32,000 nt of DNA, taken from Candidatus Saccharimonadota bacterium. Lineage in GTDB: Bacteria > Pseudomonadota > Alphaproteobacteria > Rickettsiales > Anaplasmataceae. This document shows, in pieces, positions 28,824-32,000 of this stretch. The stretch lies in the NCBI GenBank assembly GCA_029715105.1, contig CP085695.1, forward strand, positions 210,001 through 242,000, read 5' to 3'. Both the position numbers and the translations under genes were made by a program. Position 1 is the stretch's first letter; every line of letters begins with the position of its first letter. The notes under the pieces are model-generated. The model did not search any database. It was not told the origin of the DNA and saw only the letters and a list, made by a program, of their open reading frames with translations.

Positions 28824-29148
28824 TTATATCATCTATAATGTATAACTTGACTATAAACGGAGATCCTATCATTGGTTGTAATAATGCAGCTACTAAATTT
28901 TATTACAAGACCAGAGGACATTTATTAAGTAATAAATAACAAAAGCTAATATTTCATTATAATGGATTTTTCTTAGAAATAAAAGCAATAATTTTTGATT
29001 ATAAAAAATTTAAGATAAGACAAATAATAAAGTTAACTATTAAACATAAGTCAAATTGAATATTAAAAAAAGATTTTATAGAAAGATTTATTTAGCTTAT
29101 TTAAGTTTTAAATTATTAATATTAAAATACTATATGAAAGTTTGATCC

Positions 29149-29177
29149 ATTTCTAGGTAAAATTCCTCCTCCTAGAA
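29149..29177. other. short hairpin with a CCUCCU-containing loop (plus-strand reading) in the dnaJ-atpH spacer
   Basis: Read directly: TTCTAGG (29150-29156) pairs with CCTAGAA (29170-29176), and 29149/29177 add a flanking T.G pair. The 13-nt loop is TAAAATTCCTCCT. On the minus strand the loop reads AGGAGGAATTTTA. Confidence 0.4.
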
Positions 29178-29350
29178 GAGAGGTAGTATAAAAGAGTAGC
29201 AGCAAATAACTATTTGTTATTCCCTAAAAATATAAAAACAACCCTTAAATAAGTACTCAAAATACATATCAATCTTCTTATTAAAGAAAGACCTCTTGTA
29301 TGTTTTATGTAAGAGTAGTTAATTATTTATAATATCACCAAATAAATTTA

Positions 29351-30466
29351 CTATTTTTTTTTTATTTTATTAAATAGTCCTTCAGGTTTTTGTTGTATAT
29401 TTGCTTTTTCTTCTTCAAACGCCTTTAGTAGTTCAATTTGTTTTTGAGTTAAATTTTTTGGATTTAAGGTCTCAACTATTACTTGAACGTATAAATCACC
29501 ACGCATATTTGAATTTACATACGGCATACCTTTTTCTTTACAGCGCAGTTTAGTACCAGTTTGAGTTCCTTCAGGAATTTTCATTCTTATTTTAAATCCG
29601 TCAATTAATTGAACATCAATTTCGCCACCAAGTATTGCTAAAGTCATTTTTATGGGTATTTTACAGTGCAGATCTGCTTTGTCTCGAGTGAAAATTTTGT
29701 GTGGAGCAATTTTAATATATACATATAAATCTCCGCTTTTTCCACCCCTTATCCCAGCTTCCCCCTTGCCACTTATTCTTACTTTAGATCCCTTTTCTAT
29801 ACCCCTTGGAATTGAAACCGATATGTTTACTTCATCTCTTTTTCTTCCATTTCCACTACATTTTTTGCATTTATTTTGTATTATTTCTCCTTCTCCATAA
29901 CATGTGGAACATGTTCTTTCAATAGTGAAAAAACCCTGTTGAGTTCTAGTTCTACCACTTCCGTGACATATATGACATTGGGCTGGTTTGGTTGATTCTT
30001 CGCTACCTGTACCATCACAGGTACTACATTTTACATTTGTAACGTAATGTATAGGTGCTCGTATCCCGTTAAATGCGTCTTCCAAGGTAATTTCAAGATC
30101 GTAACGTAAATCTGATCCAGGCATTTTTGTTGTACTTTTTTTTCCCATATTTGATCCACTAAATCCTCTACCAAAAAAACCGTTGAATATATCGCTAAAA
30201 TCCCCTGCAGCTTGGCTAAAATCAAATCCACTAAAACCACCTCCAATGTTTTCGTGTCCGTAATGGTCATAACTTGCTTTTTTTTCAGGATCGGAAAGAA
30301 TTTCATAAGCGGCTGTTATTTCTTTAAATTTTTCTTCTGCTTCTTTGTTGTTAGGGTTTCTATCTGGATGATATTTTAAGGCTAATTTTTTATATGCTTT
30401 TTTTATTTCATCAATACTGGCGTTTTTATTTACTCCTAGTAATCCATAGTAATCTTTTGTGCTCAT
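29351..30466 (-). CDS. dnaJ: molecular chaperone DnaJ
   Basis: J domain DYYGLLGV...YHPD, a G/F-rich linker, and four zinc-finger repeats ([32 protein letters not shown]). I place the start at the internal ATG 30466 ([12 protein letters not shown]). The 20 extra residues of the track ORF (to 30526) do not resemble any DnaJ N-terminus. Confidence 0.93.
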   Translation of the reverse strand: MSTKDYYGLLGVNKNASIDEIKKAYKKLALKYHPDRNPNNKEAEEKFKEITAAYEILSDPEKKASYDHYGHENIGGGFSGFDFSQAAGDFSDIFNGFFGRGFSGSNMGKKSTTKMPGSDLRYDLEITLEDAFNGIRAPIHYVTNVKCSTCDGTGSEESTKPAQCHICHGSGRTRTQQGFFTIERTCSTCYGEGEIIQNKCKKCSGNGRKRDEVNISVSIPRGIEKGSKVRISGKGEAGIRGGKSGDLYVYIKIAPHKIFTRDKADLHCKIPIKMTLAILGGEIDVQLIDGFKIRMKIPEGTQTGTKLRCKEKGMPYVNSNMRGDLYVQVIVETLNPKNLTQKQIELLKAFEEEKANIQQKPEGLFNKIKKK

Positions 30467-30590
30467 TATAAAATATAAATTTGTTCCAACATCACTAAAG
30501 GTAGGTACTTTATATATTAATTTCAAGTGTAGTTTATTTCTTATTTAAGATAAAGAAGGGTGTTTATTTTACTAAGATAAAATATTTCTA

Positions 30591-30665
30591 TGCACCCTGA
30601 ACGACTCGAACGCCCGACCTTTTGATCCGTAGTCAAATGCTCTAATCCAACTGAGCTAAGGGTGC
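30591..30665 (-). tRNA. tRNA-Arg (anticodon ACG)
   Basis: Hand-folded from the minus strand: acceptor GCACCCT/AGGGTGC, D arm GCTC-AGTTGGATTA-GAGC, anticodon stem TTTGA/TCAAA with loop CTACGGA (anticodon ACG), T arm GGGCG-TTCGAGT-CGTTC (one G.T pair), discriminator A. Confidence 0.93.
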
Positions 30666-30678
30666 ATCTATTTAGTTA

Positions 30679-30707
30679 ACTTTAGCAATTTTTAAAGTTT
30701 GATTCAA
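30679..30707 (-). promoter_or_regulatory. candidate promoter for tRNA-Arg
   Basis: On the minus strand: TTGAAT (30707-30702), a 17-nt spacer, then TAAAGT (30684-30679), 13 nt before the tRNA 5' end. It overlaps the inverted repeat at 30690-30725. Confidence 0.25.
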
Positions 30708-30725
30708 CCAATTCAAACTTTAAAA
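30690..30725. repeat. 13-bp perfect inverted repeat with a 10-nt spacer
   Basis: Read directly: TTTTAAAGTTTGA (30690-30702), ttcaaccaat, TCAAACTTTAAAA (30713-30725). It lies in the divergent tRNA-Arg / antiporter-subunit spacer. Confidence 0.85.
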
Positions 30726-30990
30726 TGTTTATTTGTTAAACAAAAATAGGTATAGAATTATGCAATTTTTATTTCAAAGAGTTATTGCGGTATTCATAAA
30801 TGTTTAAATATAGCTGATAATTTCTACAATTATAAAAAAAAAAAAGAACTTTGTGTTTTAAAAATTACCGTGTCATTTTAAAAATTAATAAAAACTTGAT
30901 TTGACATTTAATGTTTATTTGTAAATTAATTTTATTATATATTAGTATTAGAGTTTAAAGTATCGTTATTATTAGTGATGATATAAACCC

Positions 30991-32000
30991 GTGTTAAGTA
31001 GATCGGAAGTACAACTTTATAAGTTTTCGTTATTGTTTCTGTTATTTACACTAGTAGCTTTGATATTCAAGTTACCTGAAAATTTGGATATTGTATTGAA
31101 TTGGTCTCATTATCCTATTCTGAATTTCGATTTATCTTTTCGAATTGTAACAATATTTTTTTTATTAATTGCATTCTTAATTATTTTATCAACAAAAAGT
31201 TTATGCTTTTCAGAAATGTTATTTATTTTTATTTATACTATAAACTTACTATGTGTAATCCTCTCCAAGAGGATATTATTTGCTGTAATATTTTATGAAT
31301 TAATGAGTATTAGTTCATTTTTTATTATTGCAGCGGGAAGTAAAGATAGTGGACCACCAGTAAGATATGCTTGTGTACATTTTTTTGCTGGAGTTATATT
31401 AATAATGGGATTAGCAAATCATAGATTTTCTGAACCTATAATCATTATAGGTTTATTAATAAATAGTGCTTGTTTTCCTTTTTCATTTTGGGTTGTTGAT
31501 GCATATCCTTCTGCATCATTACATAGTGCATTGTATCTTTCTACATTTACTACTAAAATTTCTTTTTTAATAGCGCTTTTACATACCTACAATTTTTGGC
31601 AAGATTATGATAAAATATTAGCATTTTTAGGTACTATTACAGCCATTTATGGTATTATATTTGCTTTTTTCGAACAGAATATTCGTAGGTTTTTTGCTTA
31701 TAATGCAGTAGGACAAATGGGTATATTAATTATTACAGGAAGTTTGCTTAGTCGCTCTGAAGATGCTTTGCCATTGCTTATTTTTAATATAATTTTCTCT
31801 ATTGTTTATCAGGTATTATTTATTGTTGTCATTAATGGGGTTATTTTACGAACAAAAGTAATGAACTTTAACAGAGTAAATAAGTTTATGTTGGTAGAGG
31901 GGGCATGTGTTTTAGTTGCTATACTTGCAATGGCCGCATTTCCTGGTACTGCTGGATTTATAAGTAAATCATATATTGGAGTCAGAATTAAAATGGATAG
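30991..32000 (+). CDS. proton-conducting membrane transporter subunit (NuoL/M/N - MrpA/D family; Mrp/Mnh antiporter subunit-D-like), N-terminal part running off the right edge
   Basis: Own translation of the frame containing position 30991; this frame is open from the stop at 30979-30981 to the window end. Product: ...ILFAVIFYELMSISSFFIIAAG..VRYACVHFFAGVILIMG..FPFSFWVVDAYPSASLHSALYLSTFTTKI..FFAYNAVGQMGILII..AAFPGTAGFISK. No ATG occurs before 31216, so the start is probably GTG 30991 or a TTG (e.g. 31033). It is absent from the ORF track because it lacks a stop in the window. Confidence 0.7.
   Translation, partial: MLSRSEVQLYKFSLLFLLFTLVALIFKLPENLDIVLNWSHYPILNFDLSFRIVTIFFLLIAFLIILSTKSLCFSEMLFIFIYTINLLCVILSKRILFAVIFYELMSISSFFIIAAGSKDSGPPVRYACVHFFAGVILIMGLANHRFSEPIIIIGLLINSACFPFSFWVVDAYPSASLHSALYLSTFTTKISFLIALLHTYNFWQDYDKILAFLGTITAIYGIIFAFFEQNIRRFFAYNAVGQMGILIITGSLLSRSEDALPLLIFNIIFSIVYQVLFIVVINGVILRTKVMNFNRVNKFMLVEGACVLVAILAMAAFPGTAGFISKSYIGVRIKMD

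Noticed and set aside
30467-30526. 20-codon N-terminal extension of dnaJ ([20 protein letters not shown])
   Set aside because: The J domain begins right after the internal Met ([12 protein letters not shown]), as in other DnaJ proteins. The extension is most likely untranslated leader.
31101-31298. 65-aa ORF from the track
   Set aside because: It is out of frame with, and fully overlapped by, the conserved antiporter-family reading frame identified by manual translation.

Overview
By eye this is a very AT-rich window (over 70% A+T). Its gene content fits a reduced obligate-intracellular alphaproteobacterium (Rickettsiales). The best fit is an Ehrlichia-like member of the Anaplasmataceae, for these reasons: atpH-atpA has no atpG after it, a riboflavin gene (ribB) is present, T4SS paralogs of the kind described for Rickettsiales are scattered singly, ORF-free spacers are long, and G homopolymers occur in an AT-rich background. 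This placement is inferred from composition and synteny only. I support 28 protein-coding genes (2 truncated at the window edges, 1 very small and speculative) and 2 tRNAs. Coding density is about 75% by my own sum of the called features. Plus-strand genes: murD, a CDF transporter, nusA-infB-rbfA-ubiA, map, tsaC-holB, a VirB8-like gene, fabG, a VirB2-like pilin, and a partial Mrp/Nuo-family antiporter subunit. Minus-strand genes: a ferredoxin fragment, rsmD, elbB, dcd, rnhA, coxB-coxA-ctaB, a HlyD-family T1SS adaptor, ribB, greA, atpA, atpH, dnaJ. I see no rRNA, CRISPR array, IS element, integrase, prophage or toxin-antitoxin signature, and no convincing new multi-gene system. This is mostly core housekeeping DNA. 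The points worth a second look are: (1) three secretion-system components (VirB8-like, VirB2-like, HlyD) that each stand alone; (2) G7 and G9 homopolymers, which are improbable at this base composition, with the G7 tract sitting in the ribosome-binding region of the GTG-initiated VirB8-like gene; (3) an apparently intact murD with no dcw partners, followed by 1.36 kb without an ORF; (4) two intergenic hairpins with C/U-rich anti-Shine-Dalgarno-like loops; (5) short tandem duplications scattered through the spacers; (6) tightly packed operons of unrelated genes (atpH-atpA-greA-ribB and nusA-infB-rbfA-ubiA). All functional calls rest on motif recognition by eye and need database confirmation.
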